Assembly (NCBI GenBank): GCA_018824205.1
Contig: JAHJGX010000162.1
Coordinates: 1-53,312, forward strand
From: a bacterium
GTDB lineage: Bacteria; Fidelibacterota; UBA2242
Length of the DNA stretch: 53,312 nt
Direction: 5' to 3'
The notes below the pieces were generated by a model. The model did no database searches and was not told the DNA's origin. It was given only the letters and a program-made list of their open reading frames with translations. Position numbers and translations under genes: made by a program. Position 1 is the first letter of the stretch; each line of letters opens with the position of its first letter. Below are positions 17,273 through 27,832 of the stretch, in pieces.

Positions 17273-17690
17273 GAAAGTGAAATTTTTACTTTTCTCCTGG
17301 AATCTCCTTTTAAGCGCCCAAGCTAATCATTTTCCACCTTAATCCCAATCTATCGGGATCCAGTTTTTGGAGGAAAGTTCACTTCCTCTAGCTTAAACAT
17401 CGTTTGTTTGTTCTGCGATATTGCAAATGAACCATATAATATTACCAATAAAAGAATCCCTAAAAAACTTGAATAAAATTTTAAACGTATTTCTTTCTCC
17501 TTTATTATTGGCATTTGTAAATTTTTTTCGATGCTCTGAATCTTCTATTTCAGGATAGATCTCTTTTAGTTTTTCTCAATCAATACTTATATTAACAGTG
17601 ACAAATAGCAGATCATTACATGCCCCCCGATACGAGATTCTCTACGAACAAAGACAACCAACGTTTTTCGAGATATTTTAGATAAGTTAA

Positions 17691-18179
17691 TTAGATTTTT
17701 TTGACGTAAATGTACTTGGCGTCACCTGGCGCATAAAAATCGGTGAGAACGGCTGCTTCCGTGCATGCACAACGCAAATAGAAGGCGCGGGTGGATTCAT
17801 ACTGATCGCGTCCCGAAGTCTCGATATATACACGAGTCCCCCCTAACCGGCGAATCGTTGTTTCGCTTTTCGTCAGTAGCAGTTTGCCTATTCCGGCCCC
17901 GCGATAATCATTATGAACGGCAATCCAATACAGATCATAGCTTTCCTGAGTTGCAGGAATGGAACCAAAACAGGCATAGCCGACTGTTTTTCCAGCAGCT
18001 TCAGCAAATATGAAATGATACCCGCTTTCTATACCTTTTTCCAGACACTCGGTAACCAGCTCGACGGCGATATCTATTTCATCCTGGGAGAAAAAACCGG
18101 TTGAACTGACGATTTCCCGAACATGTTCCGGATCTTCCGGAAGGACTGTATCGCGCCATTCAAGATGAAGAGCTTGCAT
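17691..18179 (-). CDS. GNAT family N-acetyltransferase
   Basis: AGGAG RBS before ATG 18179; YDLYWIAVHNDYRGAGIGKLLL acetyl-CoA motif; ETSG; TRAFY. Confidence 0.9.
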   Translation of the reverse strand: MQALHLEWRDTVLPEDPEHVREIVSSTGFFSQDEIDIAVELVTECLEKGIESGYHFIFAEAAGKTVGYACFGSIPATQESYDLYWIAVHNDYRGAGIGKLLLTKSETTIRRLGGTRVYIETSGRDQYESTRAFYLRCACTEAAVLTDFYAPGDAKYIYVKKI

Positions 18180-19947
18180 TTTTTGTTGCTCCTGTTTTGT
18201 GATTGTCATAATGATCATTAAAACCATGCCATAAACCTGTAAAAAAATGACGGGCATTGATACCGAGCGAGCGGACGGCGTACCCGCCTTCCTGGACGAC
18301 GAGAAAGGGCAAACCCAGCATTCCAATCATATAACCATTCTGCTCGAAATCTTTTGTGTTCAAACTCCATGAACCGGTCGGATCTCCTTTGGCGGTATCG
18401 AGTCCCAGCGCAATAATAACAAAGCGAGGCCAGAAGCGCTGGATACGCTTAAGCGCCTTGTCTAAAATTTTCCGGTATTGCTCGCCATTCAGACTTTCCG
18501 GCTGCGGCAGGTTGAGATTAAAACCGGCTCCGGCGCCTTCGCCAATTTCATCAGCAAATCCGCTGAAGTATGGGTAAGCGTGGCGGGGATGTCCGTGAAT
18601 GGAAACCGTCAGGACGTCTGCACGGTCATAAAAAATACTCTGGTGTCCGTTTCCATGATGGTAATCAATATCCAGTATCGCCACTTTTCCATGTTGGCTT
18701 AAATAATGGGCTGCTACCGATGCGGAGTTAAAATAGCAGAATCCTCCAAACACTTGCCGCTCAGCGTGGTGACCGGGAGGGCGAACCAATGCATAAGTAA
18801 TGTAATATCCTTTTAATAATTGATCCGCTGCCGTCAGGGCGCAATCAACAGCACGCTGGGCAGCCTGGAATGCATTCTGATTTAGTGGTGTAAAGGTATC
18901 AATACAGTAATACCCTGCCCGAATCGGTAATTCTTTCGGCGGACGGGCAGCATTACGGATCGGGAATACATAGGGATAGACGGATTTATGATCAGGTACA
19001 TTTTTACAGACGTTTTTCAGGTATTTAACGAAACCCGGATCGTGGATCGCGGTGATATGTTTTTCCGGATAATGGTGCGGCTGAAATTGCTTGAACAGTC
19101 CGGTTGGGATAATTTCCTTCAAAATAGATTTAATCCGTACGGGAGATTCAATATAACCTCTTTCATGGATATGATGAATTGCGTGTTTGTCGTTAACGAC
19201 CAATGCAATCGGCAGATCGGTGACTGTGGATGTTTTAATGAATGGAATATTGTCCGGTTTAATATATTTAAACGGACGCAGACGGACCGGGTTATCCTGA
19301 AAGGATTCAACGACCATTGTAACATATTCCGGCGGGCAAAGCTGAGCGTATTTTCGTTCCAGGATTGCCCGGGTGATTTCCCGGGCGTGTTTACGTTTTA
19401 ACGGTTTGCCCTGGCCGATATCGTCAAACACCAGATAGGGCGCGCAAGAGTCTTTTGGATCGACGGGAGTTTCATAGGCGGTATTGCAGATTGGTCGGGC
19501 GCCATAACGCTCATAAAAACGCAAGCGGGCAGCATTTTGTTTCAGAAATTCGGATTTGCAGATTGCCGGATCATCGGGCAAACATTCAAAAAAGATTCCG
19601 ACAACGCCAAAGTGGAGTGCCGTGTCGCGTACTTTTTCATAAAGCGCCCCACCTATTCCACCACTGGTTTTTTGCAGAGCCGCGGCAATATAATCCAGGT
19701 AAGCAAAGTTAAAGTCGGCAGCATAGTGCAGCAGAGCAAAACCGCGAATATGTCCGTTCTCGTCGTCAGCCACGAACAAAGTTGATTGAAATTTATGTTT
19801 TACCGGATCCCTGAGATGCTCGGGAAGCTTATCAATGTCCCGTTTATTCAGGTCCCGGAATTGCATTTTCAAAATTTCCTGGACCTGGGAAATAGCCTGG
19901 CGATTGATTGGCAAACTATCGTCGTAAATACGTCGGATACGAAACAA
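18160..19947 (-). CDS. GNAT-like domain fused to histone deacetylase/acetylpolyamine amidohydrolase domain
   Basis: TTG start at 19947 (MFRIRRIYDD) with AAGGA RBS; N-terminal YLDYIAA..GGIGGALY..RFYERYG; C-terminal RPPGHHA, GFCYFN, DIDYHHGNG, QEGGY. Confidence 0.9.
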   Translation of the reverse strand: MFRIRRIYDDSLPINRQAISQVQEILKMQFRDLNKRDIDKLPEHLRDPVKHKFQSTLFVADDENGHIRGFALLHYAADFNFAYLDYIAAALQKTSGGIGGALYEKVRDTALHFGVVGIFFECLPDDPAICKSEFLKQNAARLRFYERYGARPICNTAYETPVDPKDSCAPYLVFDDIGQGKPLKRKHAREITRAILERKYAQLCPPEYVTMVVESFQDNPVRLRPFKYIKPDNIPFIKTSTVTDLPIALVVNDKHAIHHIHERGYIESPVRIKSILKEIIPTGLFKQFQPHHYPEKHITAIHDPGFVKYLKNVCKNVPDHKSVYPYVFPIRNAARPPKELPIRAGYYCIDTFTPLNQNAFQAAQRAVDCALTAADQLLKGYYITYALVRPPGHHAERQVFGGFCYFNSASVAAHYLSQHGKVAILDIDYHHGNGHQSIFYDRADVLTVSIHGHPRHAYPYFSGFADEIGEGAGAGFNLNLPQPESLNGEQYRKILDKALKRIQRFWPRFVIIALGLDTAKGDPTGSWSLNTKDFEQNGYMIGMLGLPFLVVQEGGYAVRSLGINARHFFTGLWHGFNDHYDNHKTGATKNASSSS

Positions 19948-19958
19948 GGTTTTATCCT

Positions 19959-20945
19959 TTAATTGGATTGAATGTTGTTTGGGTCTGCAAGAATACGAAC
20001 GACTACCTGTTCGAAAGTCAGGGCAGCCTGACGGGTGGCTGCAATGAATCCGCTGTCTGGTGAGATACAGGGATTTGAATTGATTTCCAGAATCCAGATA
20101 TTGTTTTGGGCGTCTACTCTGAAATCCACCCGGGCATAGCCGTGCAGTTTGAAAACTTCCCAGCATCGTAATGCCATTTCGGTTAACTGTTTCAACAATG
20201 GCTGATCATTTGAATCAAATTGAAAGCTGCGGATAGTATTTTTATATTCAAAGGAATTCTCGTCCCATTTGGCTTGATAGCCAACAATTTTTGGCTTGGA
20301 TTCGGGAAAATCCACAAAGCGAATTTCCGCTGCGGGCAGCACCTCCGGTGCGCCTGAATTTGCCAGGATTGACAGATTAAATTCCCGACCGGGAATATAG
20401 GCTTCCGCAAAACATTCACCGAATCGTGCCGAACGGTTTTTCAGGTTTTTTTCCAGTTGTTGAATATTATTTACAATGGAATTTTCGTCTATTCCGATAG
20501 AGGCATCATCACAAACCGGCTTGATAATGCAGGGTGGCTTCAAATTGAATTGACCGGATGTGATATTGTCCTGTGTCAACCAGGGAGGAGTTGGCAGATT
20601 TGTCGAGCGCATCAATTCTTTTGTGAGCAGTTTATTTGTGGTAAGATACAAAGTATGGGCACTGCCGCCGGTGTAGGGAATGTTTAGATGTTCCAGTAAT
20701 GTTGGGGCAAAGTGGATGAATTTTTCCACGCCACTAATAGATTCAACCAGGTTGAATACACTATCCGGATTGATCTGTTTGATTGAATCGGCGGCTGTCT
20801 GAAGATCCAACGTTATGGGTATTGAGCTGACGTTGTGTCCCAGTTTTTGAAGAGCTTCCGAAACAAAATTGACCTGGGCTAGTACATCCAGATCATCCTG
20901 GCTTGTTGCGGTGCTGACGTCATTATAGAGTATACTGATTTTCAT
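19959..20945 (-). CDS. ATP-grasp ligase, D-Ala-D-Ala ligase-like (2)
   Basis: VFNLVE, IPYTG, IIKPVCDDASIGI, YIPGREF, YARVDFR, LEINSNP. Confidence 0.9.
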   Translation of the reverse strand: MKISILYNDVSTATSQDDLDVLAQVNFVSEALQKLGHNVSSIPITLDLQTAADSIKQINPDSVFNLVESISGVEKFIHFAPTLLEHLNIPYTGGSAHTLYLTTNKLLTKELMRSTNLPTPPWLTQDNITSGQFNLKPPCIIKPVCDDASIGIDENSIVNNIQQLEKNLKNRSARFGECFAEAYIPGREFNLSILANSGAPEVLPAAEIRFVDFPESKPKIVGYQAKWDENSFEYKNTIRSFQFDSNDQPLLKQLTEMALRCWEVFKLHGYARVDFRVDAQNNIWILEINSNPCISPDSGFIAATRQAALTFEQVVVRILADPNNIQSN

Positions 20946-20952
20946 GACTGCG

Positions 20953-21933
20953 TCAATGTAAATTCAATCGTTCGGAAGCACTGTCCAGAATCATCTGAAA
21001 TAATTGTTTATAACTGATCCCATATTTTTTACAGATAATCACCAAATCCGAGCGAACGGGGTTGATACCGGCCAATGGATTGATCTCCATCAGGTTCGGG
21101 ACTCCGTCGTCATCGGCACGGAGGTCAATTCGTCCGGCATCCCGGCAGCCGATTCCACGCCAGGCTTCCAGGGCAATTTCTTCAGCCTGCTGAGCAGTTT
21201 TATCGTCAACGCGCAGGTATTTGACTTTTGTCTCGTAATTTTCCTTGTTCTCATAGGAATAGGCGCCCGGTTCGGCATTACTGTTCAGGATAACTTCAAC
21301 AACTCCCACCGATCTCGCTCTGGATCCGGTACCGACAATGCCAACCGTAAATTCTCTGCCCGGCAGATAGGATTCAACCAAAACAGCTTGCCGGAATTCC
21401 GAAAGCAGGCGCTGACAGGTTTCATGCAGTTCAGTTTGGGTCTGAATGATCGAGTGTTCCGAGATACCTTTTCCGGTTCCTTCGGCAATGGGCTTTGCGA
21501 ACAGTGGAAAGGGTAGATCAACCGTTTCAATGTCGGCCTCTGAATGAATTTCCGCAAATGCAGGAGTTGGGATACCGAGATCGCGCAAGACTCGCTTTGT
21601 CATTCCTTTATGGAGTGTCAGTGCCAGCACCAAAGGATCAGAAAAAGTATAAGGGATATTATAAGCATCCAGCAGACCCGGTACCTGGGCTTCACGAGCA
21701 ATGCCATGCAAACCTTCCGCAATATTAAAAACCAGGTCCCAGCGATCGCCATTATTCAGACGCCTGGTGAGATTCCAGATATTACCAATCCGTTCAGTTT
21801 GATGGTTTAATTGTTGGAGAGTGGTTTCAATAGCTTCGATTGTGTCAATCCGGTCGAATTCAGCGGTATCTTCTTCGCTGTACCCGAGCTCAAGATAATC
21901 CTCCCGCAGATCGTAGGTAATCCCGATATTCAT
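20953..21933 (-). CDS. ATP-grasp ligase, D-Ala-D-Ala ligase-like (1)
   Basis: VFNIAEG, IPYTFSD, KPIAEGTGKGI, YLPGREF, GRIDLR, MEINPLAG. Confidence 0.9.
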   Translation of the reverse strand: MNIGITYDLREDYLELGYSEEDTAEFDRIDTIEAIETTLQQLNHQTERIGNIWNLTRRLNNGDRWDLVFNIAEGLHGIAREAQVPGLLDAYNIPYTFSDPLVLALTLHKGMTKRVLRDLGIPTPAFAEIHSEADIETVDLPFPLFAKPIAEGTGKGISEHSIIQTQTELHETCQRLLSEFRQAVLVESYLPGREFTVGIVGTGSRARSVGVVEVILNSNAEPGAYSYENKENYETKVKYLRVDDKTAQQAEEIALEAWRGIGCRDAGRIDLRADDDGVPNLMEINPLAGINPVRSDLVIICKKYGISYKQLFQMILDSASERLNLH

Positions 21934-21944
21934 GTAAATCCTGT

Positions 21945-23351
21945 TTATTTTTTGGAACTATTCTGAATGTTTTTGCCGACTGTACCCCCTGAATCGGGAT
22001 ATCTGAAAATCTTGCCTTCGTAATTCCTCAGTAACAAATCATCTCCATCCCGTCCGATAACGTACTCCGGTAAGAGTGGGATTTTACCGCCACCGCCGGG
22101 AGAATCAATCACAAATGAGGGTACCGCATAACCTGATGTGAAACCCCGCAGACCGGCAATGATTTCCAGCCCTTTATCAACAGCAGTCCTGAAGTGGGCT
22201 GAACCTTTAACCGGATCGCATTGATAGAGATAATAGGGTTTGACCCGAATTTTCATTAATCCCTGTGTCAGACGCTTCATGGTCTCTACATTATCGTTGA
22301 TACCTTTCAGCAGAACAGTCTGGCTCCCTAAAGGTAAACCGGCGTCAGCGAGGCGGTTACAGGCCTGGATCGTTTCCGGTGTCAATTCATCGGGATGCGT
22401 AAAGTGAATACTCATCCATAATGGATGATATTGTTTAAGCATGTTGACAAAAGAATTTGTAATCCGCTGCGGCAGTACGACCGGCACTTTCGTACCTAGC
22501 CGGATAACTTCCAGATGCGGTATCTGACGTAAACGTCTTAGCAGCCATTCCAATTTATTGTTACCCAGAGTCAGGGGATCGCCGCCGGATAGAATCACAT
22601 CCCGCACCTCTTTGTGGGCTTCGAGATATGCAATCGATTTTTCCCAGTTCTGGGTATTAAAACGGTGTTCGGTGCGGAGATTTCCGACGAGACGTGAACG
22701 GGTACAGTATCGGCAATAAACAGCACAGAATCCGGTCGTAAGAAACAGGGCCCGATCAGGATAGCGGTGAATAAGTCCCGGTACCGGCGAATCTTTATCT
22801 TCAGCCAGCGGATCGATCGATTCTTCAGGTGATACCTGATATTCGCCACTGACCATGATGACCGATTTACGGATTGGCTGTTGCGGATCATCCGGATCGA
22901 CAAGACTGGCATAATAGGGTGTAATCGCTACCGGTAATGATCCGCTATGGCGCAGGATAGCATCTCGCTCATCTGATGAGAGATGAACGATACTTTCTAA
23001 ACCGGCGAGGTCAATGATCCTGTGCCGGATCTGCCAGCGCCAGTCATTCCATTGGGTATCCGATGCTTCCGGAAAAAACCGCTGCCGGAATTGTTGTGCT
23101 CTGTAACTTATTGTAAGATTTGCCTTACTGACATCCTCGGATCGAGGTTTCCCTACTTTCCATTCACCCGTTATAATAATATCCCCGGCCTGAGAAACCT
23201 GCAGGTCAGAGTAAAATGATTTTGAAAGGGATTTTACTGGTTTATGTGTTACATTGGGCGGGGCGGGGCTAGATAGTTCTGATTGATCAATCGATCCCCT
23301 GCGCGAATCGGGGGGTTCTTCTTTTTCTTCGTTATAAATTTTTTCGCTCAT
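21945..23351 (-). CDS. kamA: KamA-family radical SAM/PLP enzyme (lysine 2,3-aminomutase-like)
   Basis: WNDWRWQ, HRYPDR, CAVYCRYCTR, SGGDPL, PYYLYQCD, DSPGGGGKIP. Confidence 0.92.
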   Translation of the reverse strand: MSEKIYNEEKEEPPDSRRGSIDQSELSSPAPPNVTHKPVKSLSKSFYSDLQVSQAGDIIITGEWKVGKPRSEDVSKANLTISYRAQQFRQRFFPEASDTQWNDWRWQIRHRIIDLAGLESIVHLSSDERDAILRHSGSLPVAITPYYASLVDPDDPQQPIRKSVIMVSGEYQVSPEESIDPLAEDKDSPVPGLIHRYPDRALFLTTGFCAVYCRYCTRSRLVGNLRTEHRFNTQNWEKSIAYLEAHKEVRDVILSGGDPLTLGNNKLEWLLRRLRQIPHLEVIRLGTKVPVVLPQRITNSFVNMLKQYHPLWMSIHFTHPDELTPETIQACNRLADAGLPLGSQTVLLKGINDNVETMKRLTQGLMKIRVKPYYLYQCDPVKGSAHFRTAVDKGLEIIAGLRGFTSGYAVPSFVIDSPGGGGKIPLLPEYVIGRDGDDLLLRNYEGKIFRYPDSGGTVGKNIQNSSKK

Positions 23352-23681
23352 GTGGTTTTTAAAATTCCTTAAATATTCAATAACTTTTCAGACATTTACA
23401 TCCTCGAGAAAAAGAGAAAAAACATAACGCCAAGTAATGTATACAGGTTTAACACTTTTCCAAGAATATTTTTAATAATTTTCACAAGAAATATGAATAT
23501 TTTTTCATGTGTGTGATCTGTGCCGGGTGTAAATAAAGAAAAACGATTAAAACCGATTTTTTATAATCGGAATTTATGAAACCTTTAGTGTAACTTTCCC
23601 TTGTTTCCAAATCTGATCTGACTATTTTACCAGATACATACATGGTAAATCAATGTTTCAAATGTAGTATTCGGGTCTTTA

Positions 23682-24536
23682 ATGGCATTTAACAGGAAAA
23701 AATCCGGTTTTTATCTGCATCTGGCGGTAGTTCTGTTTGGACTGGCGGGTTTACTGGGAAAACTGATCACCGAATCCCCGCTGACAATTGTATTTTTCAG
23801 GACTTCGATAGCAGCAATCATTCTCCTGGGGATGATGCGATATACCGGTGAAGAAATTAAAATTAAGTTCCGTCGGGAATGGCATCTGTTTTTGTTGATG
23901 GGCATTCTGCTGGCATTGCACTGGCTCAGTTTTTTCCAGGCAATCAAGGTTTCCACGGTGGCGATTGCTTTGCTGACATATGCCAGTTTCCCGGTGTTTG
24001 TCACTTTGATCGAGCCGGTTGTTTTAAAAACGAGGCTGGAGGCAAAGGATATTCTCTTTGCGCTTGTCGTTATGGCCGGTTTATTGATTATCGTACCTGA
24101 ATTTGACTTCCATAATCAGTATACTGTTGGTGTATTTTGGGGAATCCTGTCCGGGTTCAGTTTTGCATTGCTGACGGTTCTCAACAAACTCATGACGGTC
24201 ACACATTCTTCCCGGAAAATTGCCTTTTACCAAAATGGTATTGCTACTTTAATAGTATTGCCGTTTTTCCTGATTACACCCAAATGCCTGTCACTTGCGG
24301 ATATCGGATATTTAGTTATTCTGGGCGTCTTTTGTACGGCTCTGGCACATACACTGTTTATCGCCGGCATGCGGTATGTCCGGGCATTCACCGCCGGAAT
24401 AGCGGCAGCTTTGGAACCGGTTTACGGAATGATACTGACGCTGATAATTTTACAGGAAGTGCCGTTATTGCGGACAGTGATCGGGGGATTGATTATTTTA
24501 GGGACCATTGGAATAGTTACATTTCGTGCGGATTAA
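23682..24536 (+). CDS. EamA/DMT family transporter
   Basis: ~10 TM helices in two EamA repeats; HWLSFFQAI, LEPVYG. Confidence 0.88.
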   Translation: MAFNRKKSGFYLHLAVVLFGLAGLLGKLITESPLTIVFFRTSIAAIILLGMMRYTGEEIKIKFRREWHLFLLMGILLALHWLSFFQAIKVSTVAIALLTYASFPVFVTLIEPVVLKTRLEAKDILFALVVMAGLLIIVPEFDFHNQYTVGVFWGILSGFSFALLTVLNKLMTVTHSSRKIAFYQNGIATLIVLPFFLITPKCLSLADIGYLVILGVFCTALAHTLFIAGMRYVRAFTAGIAAALEPVYGMILTLIILQEVPLLRTVIGGLIILGTIGIVTFRAD

Positions 24537-25549
24537 AACCGAATCCGGTTCCGGCCGGACTGCTTGGCTTCGTACAATTTTTTATCAGCCTGCTGAAAGA
24601 AATCATCTTTGGTTTTGACGGTTTTTGAATTGACCGCAGCGATCCCGCCACTGATGGTTGTATGGATTTTATTACCGGAAAGACTGCTGAATTGATAGTC
24701 TTCACAGCGTTTCCGGATACGTTCGCCAAGTACAATAGCGCCTTCCAGATCGGTCCCCGGCAGAATTAGCACCAGCTCTTCACCGCCGTAGCGGCAGGGT
24801 ATATCGATATCCTTCCGCACGGCCGCTTTAAGAATTTCGGCGAGTTCTTTGAGAATAATGTCGCCCTGCTGATGCCCGTAAGTGTCATTGATATTTTTGA
24901 AATGATCGATGTCATATACGATTATGGCGAGTTCAGAGTCGACACGTTTCAGACGGGTGATCTCTTCCTGCAGACGGATATCAAAAAAGCGTCGTACATA
25001 CAGGCCGGTCAAACCGTCGATGGTGGCCATCTGAAAAAGACGGGCATTCTCTATCGCTGCTGCGATCAGAGTCGTAATAACAGTAAAAATTTCTTCGTGA
25101 TTTCTGGTTATCTCAATATTCGGGTGATGTTCATAATTAATAAAACCGATGACTTTATTGCCGGTCCCAACAAGGGGCAGGCAGGTACATTTCCGGTTTT
25201 TCGAAAATATATTAAACGTCGGAATCGGAAAATTACTTTTTCGAAGGCAATGATATTCAGCGGGCTGCTTGGTATCCAGGACATCGGCCAGTGGTGTGTT
25301 TTTGATTGGTATTTGGCTTGTGTCTGTTTTGTAATTGCCATCGATCATGGCGCCAATGACACTCACAGTTTTTCCGTCATCATTCAACAGTAACAGCGAC
25401 AGGTTCCGACTGGAACTGAAGTCCGCAATGGTGCTTATTCCATGAAAAACAACCCGTTCCAAATCCAGTTCGGCGACTAACTGACGGGTTGCGTATTTCA
25501 AGGTTTGCAAGGTTATCTCGATGTCATAAGTGTCTGATGTTTTAGTCAT
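24533..25549 (-). CDS. GAF-GGDEF diguanylate cyclase
   Basis: AIENARLF, DGLTGLY, DIDHFKNINDTYGH, RYGGEEL, KQSGRNR. Confidence 0.93.
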   Translation of the reverse strand: MTKTSDTYDIEITLQTLKYATRQLVAELDLERVVFHGISTIADFSSSRNLSLLLLNDDGKTVSVIGAMIDGNYKTDTSQIPIKNTPLADVLDTKQPAEYHCLRKSNFPIPTFNIFSKNRKCTCLPLVGTGNKVIGFINYEHHPNIEITRNHEEIFTVITTLIAAAIENARLFQMATIDGLTGLYVRRFFDIRLQEEITRLKRVDSELAIIVYDIDHFKNINDTYGHQQGDIILKELAEILKAAVRKDIDIPCRYGGEELVLILPGTDLEGAIVLGERIRKRCEDYQFSSLSGNKIHTTISGGIAAVNSKTVKTKDDFFQQADKKLYEAKQSGRNRIRF

Positions 25550-25764
25550 AATTAATACTCTATATTTCAGTTAATATAAATATAATTTTCCTGTATGGTT
25601 TTTTCAAGTAATTACTCTGAAAATGAATTTCTGTACAAGGTTTTTATCAGAAAATTGTTAAATGGCGATTGAGGTAGGTAAAGTTGACAACCTTTTTTCT
25701 TTAAATAATTCTAACGTAGTGCTATTTTTGGGACATACGTCGAAAAAATTATAGAAAGGGAAGC

Positions 25765-27018
25765 ATGGACCGGAAAATTGAAAAGAAAAAATGGACTTTG
25801 AAAAAAATAGCCGGTATTGTAATTGCAGTTGGAATTGTGGGTTTTATCGTTTACAGCATATTTTTTGGCGATCACAGTTCAAAACTGAATGTCCAGGAAG
25901 AGCGTATTACAATCAGCACGGTTTCAAACGGACCATTTCAGGAATTTATTCCGGTTACGGGCACGGTCATTCCAATTAAAACCATCTATCTGGACGCCAT
26001 GGAAGGCGGTCGGGTTGATAAAAAGTTTTTAGACGCCGGTACTTATGTTGAAAAAGGTGATAAAATAATACTGCTGGGTAACACCAACCTGCTGATGGAC
26101 ATCATGTACCGTGAAGCGGAACTTTTTCAACAGAGCAATAACCTTCGCAATACCCGGTTGGCGATGCAGCAAAACAGCCTGGCACTGCAGGCTCAGCTGC
26201 TGGAAGTAAATTACCAGATTCAGCAGCAGAAACGGGTTTACGATAAACAGGCCGAACTTTACAATAAAAATCTGGTTTCCGAACAGGATTGGGAGGAAGC
26301 ACGCGACCGGTACAACTACCTGATACGGAATCGTGAACTGACCCTGCTCAGTCATAAACAGGATTCTGTTTTCCAGGAGACGCAGATTCTTCAGCTGGAA
26401 ATGTCGCTGCGGAGAATGGAGGACAATCTGGGAATTGTTAAACAGAACCTGGATAATTTGACAGTCCGGGCGCCGGTTACGGGACAACTGACATCCCTGA
26501 ATGCAGAAATCGGGGAATCCAAAACCCGCGGACAACGCCTGGGTCAGATCGATGTTCTCGATGGTTTCAAAATTCGGGTTCGGGTTGATGAATATTACCT
26601 GGCGCGAATTGATATCGGGCAGCGCGGTGAATTTACCTTCGCCGGTGTAACCCACCAGATGCGCATTGATAAAATTTATCCCGAGGTATTGAATGGACGT
26701 TTTGAAGTCGATATGCTGTTTGAAGATACCGAACCGGAAGGGATTCGGCGTGGCCAGACCGTTCATATCCGTCTAGAATTGGGTGATTTGTCTGAGGCAA
26801 TATTGCTGGCCAAAGGCGGTTTTTATCAGAAAACCGGCGGACAGTGGATTTATGTTGTCGATCCATCCGGTGAATTTGCCATTAAAAGGGATATTCGCAT
26901 TGGTCGCATGAACCCGGAGGTCTTTGAAGTTCTTGAGGGGCTGGAATCCGGTGAACGGGTGATAACCTCATCTTATGACAGTTATGGCGATATTGATAAA
27001 TTAATTTTGAAGAAATAA
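25765..27018 (+). CDS. Efflux periplasmic adaptor (HlyD/MacA-like)
   Basis: N-terminal TM, lipoyl-like halves (EGGRV, RAPVTG), coiled coil; precedes ABC genes. Confidence 0.9.
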   Translation: MDRKIEKKKWTLKKIAGIVIAVGIVGFIVYSIFFGDHSSKLNVQEERITISTVSNGPFQEFIPVTGTVIPIKTIYLDAMEGGRVDKKFLDAGTYVEKGDKIILLGNTNLLMDIMYREAELFQQSNNLRNTRLAMQQNSLALQAQLLEVNYQIQQQKRVYDKQAELYNKNLVSEQDWEEARDRYNYLIRNRELTLLSHKQDSVFQETQILQLEMSLRRMEDNLGIVKQNLDNLTVRAPVTGQLTSLNAEIGESKTRGQRLGQIDVLDGFKIRVRVDEYYLARIDIGQRGEFTFAGVTHQMRIDKIYPEVLNGRFEVDMLFEDTEPEGIRRGQTVHIRLELGDLSEAILLAKGGFYQKTGGQWIYVVDPSGEFAIKRDIRIGRMNPEVFEVLEGLESGERVITSSYDSYGDIDKLILKK

Positions 27019-27066
27019 CCTGCTAATGTTATGCCTCGGCACCGTTAGTAAAAAAGATGGAGTAAT

Positions 27067-27759
27067 ATGATGATTAAAACAGTTAATCTGACCAAAGTTT
27101 TCACCACGGAAGAGGTAGAAACGACGGCATTGAACAAGGTGACCTTTGAAGTAAAAGAGGGTGAATTTGTGGCGATTATGGGCCCGTCTGGATGCGGCAA
27201 ATCGACCCTGTTGAACATTTTAGGTCTCCTGGATAATCCGTCATCCGGGGAGTACCATTTTGTTGGTCATGAGGTGTCAAAATATTCCGAAAGACAGCGG
27301 GCGAATTTGCGGAAAGAAAATATCGGCTTTGTGTTTCAGAGTTTTAACTTGATTGACGAACTGACCGTTTTTGAAAATGTTGAATTGCCATTGTTGTATC
27401 TCGGCGTTCCATCGGCTGACCGGAAAAAACGGGTTGATGAAAAACTCGAGCAGATGAACATCCTTAATCGCCGGAACCACTTTCCGCAGCAGCTCTCCGG
27501 AGGCCAGCAGCAACGTGTCGCTGTTGCGCGTTCCGTGATTGCCAATCCGAAAATTATCCTCGCCGATGAACCGACGGGAAACCTGGATTCCGCCCATGGC
27601 GACGAAGTCATGAAGATTCTGACCGATCTGAATGATGCTGGCACAACCATCCTGATGGTGACTCACTCACCGGCCAATGCCGAACTGGCGCACCGGATTG
27701 TGCACCTGTTTGATGGTCAGGTAGTGACCGAAAAGAACGGCGTGGAATTTCACGTTTAA
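27067..27759 (+). CDS. ABC transporter ATP-binding protein (MacB/LolD-like)
   Basis: GPSGCGKS, LSGGQQQR, LADEPTGNLD, VTH. Confidence 0.95.
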   Translation: MMIKTVNLTKVFTTEEVETTALNKVTFEVKEGEFVAIMGPSGCGKSTLLNILGLLDNPSSGEYHFVGHEVSKYSERQRANLRKENIGFVFQSFNLIDELTVFENVELPLLYLGVPSADRKKRVDEKLEQMNILNRRNHFPQQLSGGQQQRVAVARSVIANPKIILADEPTGNLDSAHGDEVMKILTDLNDAGTTILMVTHSPANAELAHRIVHLFDGQVVTEKNGVEFHV

Positions 27760-27832
27760 TAGATAAGTTCAAAATACAGACTTCGGTGAAGAAGTCACAA
27801 AAACGACGGAAATGATTGGAAGATCAAACTAT

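Noticed and set aside
17280-17620. Short minus-strand frames with a signal-peptide-like stretch
   Set aside because: Interrupted by stops and no recognisable family; at best decayed remnants.
19948-20166. 73-aa N-terminal extension of the deacetylase ORF (also extensions on ORFs starting 18326, 4831, 33521, 34623, 33444)
   Set aside because: They overlap neighbouring genes or precede better starts that have an RBS and a family-typical N-terminus.
19959-21933. Housekeeping ddl or van resistance ligases
   Set aside because: They lack the GGxSxE N-terminal motif and the mur/van context, and are paired within the kamA operon.
21945-23351. EF-P modification enzyme EpmB or lysine fermentation gene
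   Set aside because: No efp/epmA or kamDE/kdd neighbours, and longer than EpmB; not formally excluded.
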